DNA of 64,000 nucleotides. It comes from Epiperipatus broadwayi. Its lineage: Eukaryota > Animalia > Onychophora. Below are positions 12,650 through 25,972 of this stretch, piece by piece; positions within the stretch are counted from its first letter, which is position 1; each line of letters begins with the position of its first letter. The DNA lies in the NCBI GenBank assembly GCA_028023455.1, contig JAQFVV010000006.1, forward strand, positions 14,942,001 to 15,006,000, written 5' to 3'. Below the pieces are notes generated by a model. It saw only the letters and a program-made list of their open reading frames with translations, was not told the origin of the DNA and searched no databases. A program made the translations under genes and the position numbers.

Positions 12650-15535
12650 TACTTTTTATTCAATTTATGTGATCAATTCATCTTCTCCGATCTTTAGCTT
12701 CTCCACATCCATTCCTGCACATTTTTTTATGTTATCCATCCATCTCACATGTGGTCTCTTTCTGGATCATTTACAATATCTTGGAATCCAGTTTATTATT
12801 TCAACTGTCCTTCTATTATCATCTCTTCTAACAATATGTTCAGCTCAATTCTGAATTCTTTCAATGATGTCATTAACACCTATTTGTTCTCTTATCCATG
12901 TATTGTATTTTCAATCTCTTTTTGTTACTTCTAACATACATCTCTCCATACTTCTTTAAGTGGTCTGAAGTCTCTGGATAGCTCTTCTATTAAGTGTTCA
13001 AGTCTCAGATCCATAAGTAATAACTGATAAAACAATTATTAAAAACTTTCCGTTTCAAACACATAGGCATATTTCTTTTTAATATTAAGTTATTTCTACC
13101 AAAAGCATAACCATATTTAATTCTGTGATTAATTTCATTCATTATGTTTCCATCTGTAGTAATAATCTGACTAAGGTATTTATTTGTAGTTGTTAACTTC
13201 TTCTAACTCATCATAATCAATCTTTATTTTTATCTTTTGGTAAAATTCACTGAACATTACTTTAGTTTTTTTAGCATTTACTTTTAATCATACTTTCTTA
13301 CTTTCATCTGATAACTCTTGCAACATTTCATGAAGCTCTCTGAAGCATTAGGTGCAAAAACAATCAACATCATTTTCAAAATCTAAATGACTTAAATCAT
13401 CTCCATTTACTTTTACTCCTTTAGTTTCCCATTTTAATCCACAAAATACTTCTTGCAACATTGTTCGAAAAAAATATGGAGTCACCCTGTTTTACACTCT
13501 TCTCTGTGTTAAACTTCCTAATATCGTTATGTAATCTAATTGTTGCTGTCGCTTGCATTTTTATAAATATTCTTCAGAATATAACAATATTCTGGGTCTA
13601 TACCTTGAAGATCCAATGCTTAATCATTGAAGAAATGCTCGTAGAATCAAATGCCTTTTCATAATCTACAAATTCAAAGCATAATGACATCTCATATTCA
13701 TTGGTCCTTTCTATAACTTATCTCAATATTCTTGGATTTGATCTGCTGTTCTAAACTCACTGTAAATCCAGCTTGTTCTTTTGGTTGGTTGAAATCTAAT
13801 GTTTTCTGCAGTATTTTAGTAAAAATTTTTTGTATAAAACTGATAAAAGACTGATAGGTCTGTAATTTCTAATATCTTCTCTATCACCATTTTTAAATAT
13901 TAATATTATTACTGCATTCTTCCAATCATCTGGTACATCTTTATCATTTCGACATTTGGTGTATAACTTTGCCAAAAAAATTTCTATTTCTTCACCTGCT
14001 CCTTTTAATATATTGATTATAATTCCATCATTATCTGGAGCTTTTCCCTTCATAAATTTAATTATATGTCTCACTTCTTCATTTAAAATTCTGGGCAATT
14101 CGTGAGATATAATAGATATAGGAGGTATTTGTTCTTTATTACCATAAAATTCTTGATACAACCCTTCTACCCATTTCATGATGTCAGCTCTCTTTTTAGT
14201 AATAGTTTCATCTTTTTTTCTTATTGCAGTTATAAGTTTCTTATCAATACCAAAATGTTTTACATTCTTAGGACTTTTATTCTCTTCTATACCTTTTCTT
14301 GCTAGTTCACAATTATACTTTGTTATATCATTATCAACTCTTTTTCACACCATCTTGCAAAATTTGAGATATTTAATCCTTCTTAATGGATTTATATATA
14401 TTTTCATATTCTTTCTTTTCTTAATAAATTCTCTAGACTCAGTAAAAAATTTTATTGGTCAGTTGCTTGTTTTTTACTAGCTATCTTTGTTGCAGTTTTT
14501 AAAAGTGCATCGGTTATTTTCCTATTATTAATTTCATTCAAATCTGAATCACTTCAAAATCTACTAATAATTGAAAATGATTTGCAAGTTCTAATTTAAA
14601 TTTTTTAGAATGTTTCTGAAGATTAGGAATATCAACTGTAAATATTGTTTTTTTTAATAATTTTTGTCACTCTAGTTTTGCATTAACGCGTATCTTACAT
14701 CTTACTAATCGATGATCACTTCCTGTGTTAAATCTATTAAGAACATTACAATCTTGAAATATGTATTTTCTGTTAGTCAAAATATAATCCAATTCTACTG
14801 TATCTTCATTTGGATGCTTATTTCCATTTCCTTTCAACATTTTTCTCAAAAAAAAGAATTCATAATATAAAGTTTTTCTTTTTCTGCAAACTCCACAAGT
14901 CTGTGTCCTCTCTTATTTCTATTACCATAACCAAATTTACCTGCAGCACTTTCATTTTTTATTTGTTTACCAATTCTAGCATTAAAATCTCCCATAACAA
15001 TTTTAAAATGTTTTTAGTCTGATCAAGAGCCTTTTGTACATCCATATAAAAATCTTCTACTACTTTGTCATTATGAGAACTTGTTGGAGAATAAACCTGA
15101 ATTATCTGCATTTGGGATCTGCTATTAAGTTGTATAACTAATCTTGCCGGTCTGATACACCATCACTCTCTACAATGTTATTCTTCTACTTTTTATTTAT
15201 AATAAATGCTACTCCACTTGTACTTCCAATATTTGTATCTTTGTAGCAGAGTGCATGTTCATTTTTTAAATCAATTATCTCTTCACCTTTTCTTCTAACT
15301 TCACAAAGTTCAATAATGTCCCATTTAATATGAGACAGTTTTTCTTCCAATTCTTGCAGTTTTCCTTTACTTAAAGTGATCTGCAGTTGTAAGTATCTAA
15401 ATAAAAAGTCATAAACAAATGGCAGTCTGGGCCCACACTCAGAGGATTCTTAGCACCCTCTGCTTTCATCCACCAACTGCTACCTTGGCTGGTGACTTTG
15501 GGCCATGATTTATTTTTGTCTGTAATGATTATATA
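12650..15535 (-). pseudogene. Near full-length decayed RTE-type LINE (APE endonuclease and RT)
   Basis: GAKNPL...TYNCRSL start, LDYILTN...GSDHRLV (APE), and KAPDNDGI...DWKNAVIILIFKNGDREDIRNYRPISLLSVLYK (RT). Interrupted by stops and frameshifts. Confidence 0.9.
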
Positions 15536-16999
15536 CATCTATTAGAGAAAAAATCATTCACACACACATTCATGACTAATGCGTGTTGGTGAGCTACCTA
15601 TCCATGTTCATATACTATTTGAATAATCACATAGTAATAACAGCTGTAGTGACAAGAACATATGAAGTGGACATTGGGAAATTTGCTCTGCTTGGTTCTT
15701 TTAAAGCCTCCAAGAGGAATCAAAGGATCTTCTTTCAGTTAACAGCTTAGTGAAAATATGGAAATATAAGAATAAGAGTTCAAAACTGCCCCATAAATTG
15801 AATAAAAAGCATTACAAAAAGTTGTAAAAAGAGTGGCTTTATTACATATAAACAATAAGACTATTTTCTTGTTTTTTTTTATTGGTATTCTTGTTTTTAG
15901 TAATGTGCCATTTTTTTTTGTTAATATTTATAATGATATATAACTTTATTTTCATAAATTAAATATGTAGCTTTCTGGGGTTTTTCAATATCTCTGTACT
16001 ATTTCATCTATATTCAAGCTATTAAAAAGTTATATTTACATCTATTAACTGAAGATTAATTTAATATTAAGGTGTTATTAAATATGAGGTTCAGCCATTC
16101 TTTCTGATTAGTTATAGTGATTTTAGAATAACCTGTAATTGTCTTGAAATTACATTACTATAAACCATGCTCTGGATGTATGTCTGTAAATGATATGTTT
16201 ATATATGATCAAAGCTGAAGTATAGTGGGCTCATTCTACATTTTACATTTACCGACAGTTAGTTTACATATATCTCACTGGAGGTTTTCAGTACTTCCAC
16301 ATGATTTCATATTTAAGATTTGTAAATATTACAATGCAAAGAAAAAAATGGTTCATTGCTAAAAGCAGGATGTGAAGTGTATAGAAAAATTCTATAAAGA
16401 AATCCATCATGCATATACAAATACTATATAGTGTAATAGTCAGATAAGTATAGTTAGTAAAACTTAATCTTAGGAACCAAGCAATGATCACTAACTTGAA
16501 CATCAGTATAAACATTATCACAAACAATACAAAATCGAACCTATGCCCCCCAAAACAATTTTCACATGACTAACATATCTGATGTTTTACATAAATATAT
16601 TATAACATGCCCCAACCAAAGGGGGGCCATTGAATTAACCACATACGCTGGAATATGGATTTTTTAATGATATATATGAGATTTATATATGATGAGGGTA
16701 CGTGTATATAATCTTTCATGCATATATATATATCAATAGAAAGTCATATTTTTTTCTTGATTTAAGAGTCAGCTGTCGACTTATTTTTTTACCAGATTGA
16801 AAAAGGATGGACAACTTATAATAAAGCACAAATTTTTTTTCTCCCTAGTAGGTATGAGTTTTGTTTTTGTGTATGCATTGGAATTTTATTTTAGAAACAT
16901 ACATAGGCAGACTAGCAGTGTAGGACTTCATGGGCATTAAATGGTCAGATTAGGATTCAAATTACAACACTCACCTGGAATATGGATGTTGGAGCTGAC

Positions 17000-18460
17000 C
17001 AGTTTAGTGTAGCATAAAGAAATTTTTTGTGATAAATTTTATATGATGGAAAACAATTTAGTAATAAATAACATGGAGTCAGATATTAGTATAGACAATA
17101 CTATCATGAAATGGGAAGATAGTCATTTGACATACAGAGCCCAGAGATCACATTCAAGGATTCCCATAAGGTCACATATGACCATGATATGGAAGGAAAA
17201 TAAAAGCCAGAACAAAGCATATTGCTTCAATTAATAGAGGAAATGAGGAAAGCAGAACAAAGATAACTAAAATATGATGAAATGGTGAGAGAAATTAGGG
17301 AGGAGTTGAAAGAAATGGTAGTAAAAGTGGATCAAAGGCTCATAAAAGTAATCAAGAACCAATATGGATTCAAATAAGAAAAGAGGTCCAAGAGATCCAG
17401 GAAGGAAATGAAAAGATTAGTGGAGCCCAGAAGGATTCTATAAAGAGGTCCAGAAATCAGCAGAAACATTCAAAGAATCAGAAAGAGATGATCATGAAAT
17501 GGACCTTATTCCCACCAAGGATCAAGATCAAGATAGTATATACCTAGTACAAGATGATTGTCACAAATATGACCATAAGGAAATAATAAATAGATGACAC
17601 TCAAGAAAAAAAGAAAAAAATGACACTGAATGAGAAGAGATCAAGATAGATGTCCAAGAAAAAATAGAACTGAATGTGGAACATTCATTCATGGATGTAA
17701 ACCCTGGTCATGGCTATTGTCATAAAATGTTTGCTTATTCACAAAAGGGGTTTGTTTTGTGCTGCAACCAGGCTGAGGGTACCATCAATTTTTATGATGG
17801 TGTGGATGTTGCAACAAAAGGCACCAAAATAAGTTACCATTTTCAGATTTCCATAAAATCAAGGGTGTAAGCTTCTTTCATAGTGTTAAAGAACAGAGAG
17901 TAAACATGGAAAAGTCATCCCATATTCTCATTAAATGCCATTGTGAACACAAGATTTCCACCACCCACCTGGTTTAACAGAATGGAAATTTCCTGGGATT
18001 AAATCCATGCTGAGATTATATCTTACAAATCTAAAATACAACAGCTGATTGGGAAATATAGAGAGTATCTTCATTTCCAAAACATTTTACTCCATACATA
18101 ATTGACTTTAGTGGCTTCTTATTTCTGGAATAACCGGGCAGCGGGCTAAATTATTTGTGAAGGCAGAAACATCAGCACAGGTACATGGGTCAGCAGACTT
18201 CATATGGACAGCAGTTCACCAACTCCATTGGGATTCCAAACCTGTGCTCACCTGATATGGTGAAGGGGAAGTGGTCATAAGCTTCTACACACAGGTTAGC
18301 ATTAAATGTGGCTTCTAGCAGCCAAATAATAGTTGAGCTTCTTAGAACTTGCTGGATGGAGATCTTAGTACTGTTGCTCTGTATGAAAAATTCTTCAAGC
18401 TGTTGTTTTGAGAAGAGAATATTCTTCATGTGACAAATTTTCGAGGTTGATTTGATTACA
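17000..18460 (+). pseudogene. Possible decayed BEL/Pao gag-like region
   Basis: Lys/Glu-rich coiled-coil-like stretch, then KGVCFVLQPG...WCGCCNKRH, which resembles the Pao cysteine array. Many stops. Confidence 0.35.
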
Positions 18461-20030
18461 AAAAAAAAAAAACAGTTTTCAAAATACAAAACATGTTTTT
18501 TTTTGTATTAACATTTAAAAAAAGTATGTTTTTTTGTATTAACATTAAAAAAAGTACATATATCACTTACTATAAAGTTTAGTAATCTTCAAAGTGGTTT
18601 ATAATCACCATCAAACTTATTATTTGTACAACAAAGAACATATGTAATAAATATTATTACTGAGCCCAATGTAAATGTAATGTTTTGAGATTAATTCTGC
18701 CCTTCTTAATCATAATTGAAGGCCCTTCTACCCTTAGTGTTTGACATAATGAAATGTCTTCTAGCCTTAGCATTAGACATACTTTTATCAGAAAAGAGTC
18801 TTAAGTCTTTTCTGATTTCTCATTCATATAATATTGAAGAATATTTTAAACACTTGAACTAGAAGGAAGGAATATTTAAGTCAATCAAGAAATTTTGTTT
18901 CTAAACATTTTAAATTGTTTGATATTTGTAATTGACAAATCTGAGATTTCTTTCATTTTTTAAAAAAATTGTCTACTATGATTCAAATGTTGAAAATATG
19001 TAAAAATGTTATTAGTTTCCAATATAAATGTAATATTGTGAGATTAATTCTATGCAACTATTCGTATATATGAATGACAAAGTTTTAAAAATGAGAGAAT
19101 CTCGGATTTGTCAATTAAAAATATCAATCAATTTAAAAGGAATATATAAATCACTCTTTTGTTCACAATATTTTTCTTGCCTGGTAACAAAAAATATATC
19201 TGTCTTGCTCCTTGATTCTCTACTACCATATTCCGTCTCTGGTAATAATTTATCTATGTCCTGAAGCAATGTATGCAACAAAATCTTCAATAATACCTTT
19301 TACAGTAGATAATAATGATATTCCACAAAAATTATTGCAACTTATCTATTTGCTTTATTTTTAAAGATTAGAACAATGAAAGCATATTGCACTACTTTAC
19401 TTGTCTGATATAATTACAGGTGATTGATATTTCAATTTTACGATTTCTGATGCATTCTTAGAATCATGGAGCATCACTATATAAATTCATATATTCCAAA
19501 AAAAACAACAACAATATATTTAAAGTGAACAACCACATTTTAAAACTTCTCCATGTCTCGTCAAGACTTGAAACTTTTCCATTTTAAAGATTTTTAACTT
19601 CATTCAGCTGTATATCTTTGTTCAAATCTAAATGAGTAGAAAGAATGGATAGATCATTAAAAATTGTCATCTCACTTCTGGTAAGAACATGATCAAAATG
19701 CCACTTCCATCTGTACAAAATATCATTATCATGATATAAAAGAGCTATTGATAGGTTTAATAGCATTATGATATCATTTTTCAATTTCTTACAATACTTT
19801 CAGTGCATCAGTAAGGATCTAAAGTGAGCATAGTTAACAAATGCTTCTATTTCCTTTCCTTTTTTACTCCATCATCATTTTAGAACCTTTTGGTTAGGCA
19901 TCAAACTTCTGCGTTTAAATCTCCATATTGATTATGAAAATCCACATTGAATTTATTATTTTTTCAAGCAGAAAATGCCATGCTTTCCTCTAAAAAATTC
20001 ATTAATAATAATATCCTTGTCATATAATAT

Positions 20031-20207
20031 TAATATCATCTATGTTCTTTATTACTTTCTACAATGTTTTCTTATAACCCGCGATAATTTCGATTGCCCA
20101 AAATTTCTACTTATACAAGTATAAGTTCTGAAGAAGATTGCTGGGGCAATCAAAACTCGTGGGTTGTAAAAAAGCATTGTAGAAAATAAAGAACATAGAT
20201 GTTATTA
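20031..20207. repeat. Foldback fragment containing an HHR-like motif (third family)
   Basis: Arms ~20031-20100 and ~20143-20207. CTGAAGA A GATTGC-tggg-GCAATC at 20128-20151; the opposite arm preserves GCAATCGAAA. Confidence 0.65.
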
Positions 20208-20539
20208 GTATTATCCATTCGAATTCTTTTTTGTAGTGAATTCAAAGATAGATTTATTTGTATCTATAATACACTTCTTAAAAGAATTTCATATGTCAAT
20301 GATATTGCAATTATAAATATCCAAATCAGCAATTAACTAATTCCAATTTTTATTTCTCTATCTTTTCAAATATATCTATTCAAGATTCTCACTAGCACAT
20401 TAGCTGTTTGATGGTCTAAGCCACCATATAGTTTGTATCTGTATGCAGAAACTATACAGTGTCCCACCAAAATTTAAAAAACAAATTGTGTGTATGTAGT
20501 ATATGTATTTATTTTTAAAAAAGTTTCAAAAAATTTTCA

Positions 20540-21110
20540 AGAGTGTAAAGAGACGATTTTGTCAAATGGTGACTCCGATGATGCCATAAACTCATAAAAA
20601 TCTTCAGGACTTTTTTTTTTTATAAATTAATCTTTTCAGGTTTAGATTTTTATTAATATTTTTTAGAATGAATGAGAAAAGATATGACATATGGGCTAAA
20701 AAAAAAAAAAAAAAAGCTTTCAGCTATAGATAGCACTTCTGGAAGGTCTTTACAATTCACTTGCCACTTGTGGGATATACCATATATTTTGTATCCTGGC
20801 AGGGTTATAATTATTGTAACATTTTTGTAGGATGTATACATATTTATTTTTGAAAAGTGTCAATCTTTTAAGAATTTATAAAGAGGATTTTGTCTGATCT
20901 GTTGATTCCAATAATATCATTAAATCCATAAAAATCTTCACCTATCTTCAGGATTTTTTTTTTATATACAAATTCAGCTGTATAAGTTTTGAGCACATTC
21001 ATTTATATTAGTATTTTTAAGATGAATGAGAATAGATTTGAAAGATGTATTTAAAAAAAGCTTGCAGCATAGACAGTTTTTCTGGAAGATCCTTGTCAAG
21101 ATGTCTCCTG
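20540..21110. repeat. Old ~330-bp tandem duplication, possibly in a Tc1/mariner remnant
   Basis: cataaaaatcttca...ggatttt...gaatgaga...ctggaag occurs twice. A TA|cagtgtcccacc terminus-like sequence sits at 20457. Confidence 0.5.
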
Positions 21111-22109
21111 GTAGAGTTCTAATTTTTTTTTTTTTTTAAACATCTTTTCGCATATAATGGAATACAATATAAGTTATTAGAAAATAATTCCCTTAAACAA
21201 TCAAACTTTCAAAATTAAGAGTAATTTACCGGTATAGATAATTCCTCCTGGAAAATATAAATATTTGTCAGACATGAACATGTGTAAAACTATTAAAAAT
21301 GTACGTTTTAACTGAGTTTAAAATATATATCTGGGCTAGGTATGATAGATAATCTCTAACCTAATAAATGATTACGAGTAGTCAGGAATACATTAATCTA
21401 AAGTGATTAGTGCCAAAGATAAGATTGGAAGAAGTTTGATATATGTAAATCAAATTGTAGTAATTCATACATATATATATGTGTGTGTGTGTGTCTTACA
21501 TAGAAATGAATTTACGTTTGTTTTCTATAATACGTTTTTAATTTTATTAAAATATCTGTAGCGAAGTTTTTTTAATATAATACTTTTATAAACTCAGTGT
21601 ATTTGTTGATAAGATTTAATTAGTTTAACATTTTAATATATATTTTTTTATTAAAGAGAAAAAAAACGAATACCCCAATGTCTGCCTTTCACTGCTTGAC
21701 TCTACGTATTTACGTAATTATTTTCCACTTTTTTTTCATTGAGGGTGAGATGTTAACCTCTTTACGATAAAACTTTGTTATTAAAAAAAAAAAAAATTCC
21801 AGTCTACGAAAAATAAAACGAGATAATCATTGTTCTCAAAACTATTGAATTTTATTAATTATTTAGCATTTATATAAATAAAAATTATATATTTTTATTT
21901 CTCCATCATTATCGCTTTCCAACTTGATTTATTGCAAGCCCTTATTTGATTTGACGTAATGATAGAATGTCAAATTCCGGAGCTCCACGGTTTTTGAACC
22001 AGGGTCCAGGTCTGATATTTCCGGTGCTCGAACTTTTTACGAACTCCCGAGAAATAAACTATTCAATTGTTTTATTTACTTACTTCTTTCCAGGGTGAAG
22101 TCTTCCCTA

Positions 22110-22265
22110 AGTTTATCATAATTCTCTGATTTATAGCTTTTCTGCCCCATTTCCATTCTGACAAACGTTCTTATCTTACCCATCTATCTTACACGTAGTT
22201 TCAATTTACGTCTTGAAATCTGTGGCCTAGTTTTATCTCATCCATCCATCTCAATATATCTCTAT
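22110..22265 (-). mobile_element. RTE 3' end fragment
   Basis: Minus strand RWMDEIK.. followed by a LREDFTL-like motif, similar to 22960-23190. Confidence 0.55.
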
Positions 22266-22317
22266 ATATTTTAAGATCTATAAAGCCCAGTTTAGAACTT
22301 TTATTATTAACTGAAAC

Positions 22318-22757
22318 ACACAGGCTTATTATATACCTGTGTTTATGTAATATATAGGATATATGAGCACAGACTTTCAACCGACCCACCACTCTCCACA
22401 CTATCTCATAACACTGATACACTTGAACACATATATGTTGAAAAGATTAATAATCACCAATATACGTATTTCATGCTAAACCAGCAATCATCAGTTGGTC
22501 CAGATTACCATCTCTACATATATATGCTACAAGTGCTCAGATATATATTAAGATAGCCAATCCTCAGGCTTCAAACTACTCCACACTCCAACTCTTCAAC
22601 CGTCCATCCATTTGAAAATCTGATGATGGAATGCTCAAAGGCCACTCTGAGGCCGAGATTCTTGTCACACCCATGTTGACCTAAGGTCAATCTAACCCCT
22701 CATGTACAGGATATAATCCATTACATATACAAGGGATGAGCAGACATCTCTACTATT
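22318..22757 (-). mobile_element. Family B HHR-bearing repeat, near full-length unit
   Basis: Collinear with 2280-2640 (inverted) and with both parts of 43516-44040. Confidence 0.85.
22456..22499 (-). ncRNA. Minimal type I hammerhead motif (family B) with perfect palindromic helix III
   Basis: ACCAA CTGATGA TTGCTG-gtt-TAGCAT GAA ATACGTAT A / TTGGT. Confidence 0.8.
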
Positions 22758-22769
22758 ATTATTATTATT

Positions 22770-23195
22770 TCTAGCAACATGTTTAGTGTAGGCTATATTT
22801 AGACTTTTTCATTCTATTTTTGATGTCATTGATATCTGTTTGTTCTCTCACTGCGTTTGCTTTCAACCTTTCTTAACTTGTCCATTTGCAGTCTCTGTGT
22901 TGCACTTCTATTATTTCTTTATTATTCAGTTATTTACTTATTTATTTGCCTGTATGGTTTAAGGCAGTAGGCAAGTGTCAGACCCTGGAATATAATAAAT
23001 GGACAGTTGAAATCTTAAAGTGGATTCCAAGAGATAGTAAAAGACCATATGTGAGATGGATGGATGAAATAAAGGGGTGTGCTGGAATGATATGGAGAAA
23101 AAAAGCTAGAGATCGGGGAAGATGGATTGAACTTGGAGAGACTTTCATTCTGCAGTGGATCAATAATGGTTGACAATGATGATGATAATAATATT
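22770..23195. mobile_element. 5'-inverted RTE 3' end
   Basis: 22770-22905 encodes upstream RTE sequence on minus. 22960-23172 encodes WTVEILKWIPR...RWMDEIK...WIELGETFILQW on plus, followed by a (GAT)n/(AAT)n tail. Confidence 0.7.
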
Positions 23196-24132
23196 AGTTA
23201 AATACATCTGTGTATTTATAATTAGTCTTTGATATATATATTTTTTGATGTTTATTAATTTATTATTTTGAATCATAAAATAGTAATGTCCGTAGGTACA
23301 TTTTGAAAACAATCAAGGATTTTTAGAATAAGTAAATAATATTGGTATTTAACTTATTTTGTTGTCTGTGGGTCATTCTCTTTGTTGTCTTACCTTCTAT
23401 GCCAGAAATATCAATTCTCTATTAATCCTGAGTGTCATTTTCTGAGTTGAGAAAAGCGGGATTGTTACTGTGTGCCCTGAGATGATTAAGCCAGAGGATA
23501 AATATTCATATGTGATCTTTCTTGGAAGAAAGTGATATTAGAATGCACTTCAAACCCCATACATTTAAATAAACCCTTATAAATAAATGTTAAATGTGAC
23601 CCTCTGATATAGGATTTGATATATGATGATCATGAAATATCACCAGGGTACCTGATATAGATATTTATATAAGGGATTGAATGTTTGATCATCATCATCA
23701 AGAACCATTTTAAATTGTCATTTGAGATTCAAATATCAATTAATATTTGGATAAACTTATGTGGTACATATTATGTTCAAATAATTCACATGTACACCCA
23801 AAGAGTTATCATTGTGATTTCTAGATATATGAATTGTCAATGTAAATATCAATGTCATCATATAATAGAAAGGACTTCCTAGAATAACATATTTCATGGT
23901 TTTTTTTTTAAATCTTGATATTAATATTGGATTTTTTTGCCTATCTGGTATAGCTTTATCAATTTAGTCATTTTGTGTAGATTTTGTCCAGTAATTTATT
24001 TATTTGAAAAAGTTTTATATTAATTTCATCATTTTTATAGTTTTTTTTGTTTCTCATAGATTTAATTGCTTATTTCTTTATTTAGGATATATGGCATTTC
24101 AACTGATATTTTTTTTTTCTCTCTCTTTTCAT

Positions 24133-24211
24133 ATGTCAAAGCATCGGCTGGGAAGTGAACCCGGGACAACTGCTTGTAAGGCAGCTGTGCTGACCACTCG
24201 ACCACCAACAC
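24133..24211 (-). mobile_element. tRNA-Gly-derived mini-SINE
   Basis: gtgttggtggtcgagtggtcagcacagctgccttacaagcagttgtcccgggttcacttcccagccgatgc, then tttgacat and an A-rich tail. Confidence 0.75.
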
Positions 24212-25144
24212 TTGACACTGATATTATTATTATTATATAAATTTGTGGGTGTTTTCAGTTTTTTTCTACTACTTGTTTTAGAATTCTTCCATATATTTCA
24301 TTATCGTATTAAGTCATTTTATTCTTTTTATTTATAATTTGAAACTTTTGTTCTCTTCTCCCGATTTCTAGCTATTTTACAATTATATTTTCTCATGCCA
24401 TTTTAATTCTGTTTTATGAGTAAACAGTTTCACATTTTTTAATTATTTCTTGCCCATACAGCTTTGTCTTATCTGAAAATTTACTGTTAGTTGTTTTTAT
24501 ATCTTTAGAGGTGATTTTAATAAATGTCACTTATTTTTGTAGTGATTTTTACTGTCTTTGCAAAGTTATTTCTAAGTTCTAGATTAAAGTTATTAGAATA
24601 TTTTTAATGCTTAGAATATTAAATGCTGATATTAAATTTTGTAATCTTACGTTTTTCTTATATCGTACTAATCATTGTTTGCCTTTGATGTTGAATCCTG
24701 TTAAGTATATTTTAATCCTTTAGATTTTTTTTTTTTAAAAAAGGTCATGTGTGTGTGTGTGATTATAACACAACTCAAAGTAAAAGCTTGCAGAACAGAG
24801 ATGGTCACTGACAAAAATATATTCATCTTCATAACTACTAATTATGTATAGAAATTTCTCATTGTAAATGTCTATTCCATAATGTGTCTTAATATAGATA
24901 AAAATATCCTACTTTGTGTGAAGATTAAGTTGGTGTTGGACTGCTGGGTTGAATATGGTAGGGAAATACAGCAAGTTCATGCTTTAAAATCAAATAAGTC
25001 ATATTAAATAATAAATATAACAGTAATTAACTATTGTATACGGTCTTTCAATCTGCAGAAGTACTTTTGGTTAATTTTTTAACCCTCCTCAACTGCTGTT
25101 AAATTCAAAAAACATAACAGAAGCAAACACCCTCAAATTAAATC

Positions 25145-25640
25145 CCATCAATTCCGAATTTTAGCATTAACAGCTTGTCTATTAATTAAATTCATTTTAT
25201 TTCTATTTATTAAATTTGCCTCCTTAATTTTTCTTTTATTATGATTTCTCTCTTCATGAAGAATCTTAACACTTTCAATATCAAATTTATATTTACAAGA
25301 CCATTCATGATCCAAGAGAACTGAAGCAATCATTAAATCATTATTATTTTTGCTTTTCACATGCTCCTTTAATCTTTTTTCAATACTGCACCTCAACTGA
25401 TCTGTATATCATAACACAAACTCATAAAAAATTTGATATACAACATTATTTTTCTGCAAATTATTATTTTCAGAATTTCAAGAAAGATGTTAATCTTCTT
25501 CATTCCCACACTTACAATTACCAGTAATAGCTTTCTAGGTTTAAATCCATATAACAACTTGGATTTGAAGTAAAAGAGGATTCTTTTTACTTCACTAAAA
25601 ATCCCATATCAAAAGAGATACTGTATGGAGGATAACTGAG
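25145..25640 (-). pseudogene. Penelope-like element 3' remnant (GIY-YIG)
   Basis: KNNVVYQI...IEKRLKEH...FDIESVKILHEERNHNKRKIKEANLI...NR. Confidence 0.8.
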
Positions 25641-25972
25641 AAAAACTTATTTAGCCTCAATATTTGAATCATATACAATGATTTCAAAATGAATGAAATG
25701 TTTTAAAGGTATTAATTCTAAATAATATGTAAAGAGTATAATGTATAACACATATAAATGTATTTCAAATCCTAGAAAATCCTATATTACAACAAAATGT
25801 TAGATTTAAAACATTTATGACTTTGTATAGAAGAGATAATGGGAATTTTTATTTAAGAAAATTAAATATAAATATATGAATTTCAAGAACTTATTAAAGA
25901 AAATCATTTTTCGTAAGCAAGAACAGGAATTTGCAGACAATGAAACACACCAGGAAGGCTGTATATATATAT

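Noticed and set aside
15420-15520. GGCCCA/TGGGCC pairing at the RTE 5' end suggested an HDV-like ribozyme
   Set aside because: The region translates as the conserved RTE N-terminus (GAKNP...TYNCRSL), and the P1.1 and catalytic elements are not found.
18190-18489. FGIP motif in a minus-strand ORF suggested an integrase
   Set aside because: No surrounding DDE context (no SDNG, no HHCC).
23385-23560. Strong minus-strand donor (AG|GTAAG) suggesting a host exon
   Set aside because: All three frames have stops within ~40 nt upstream and there is no clear acceptor.
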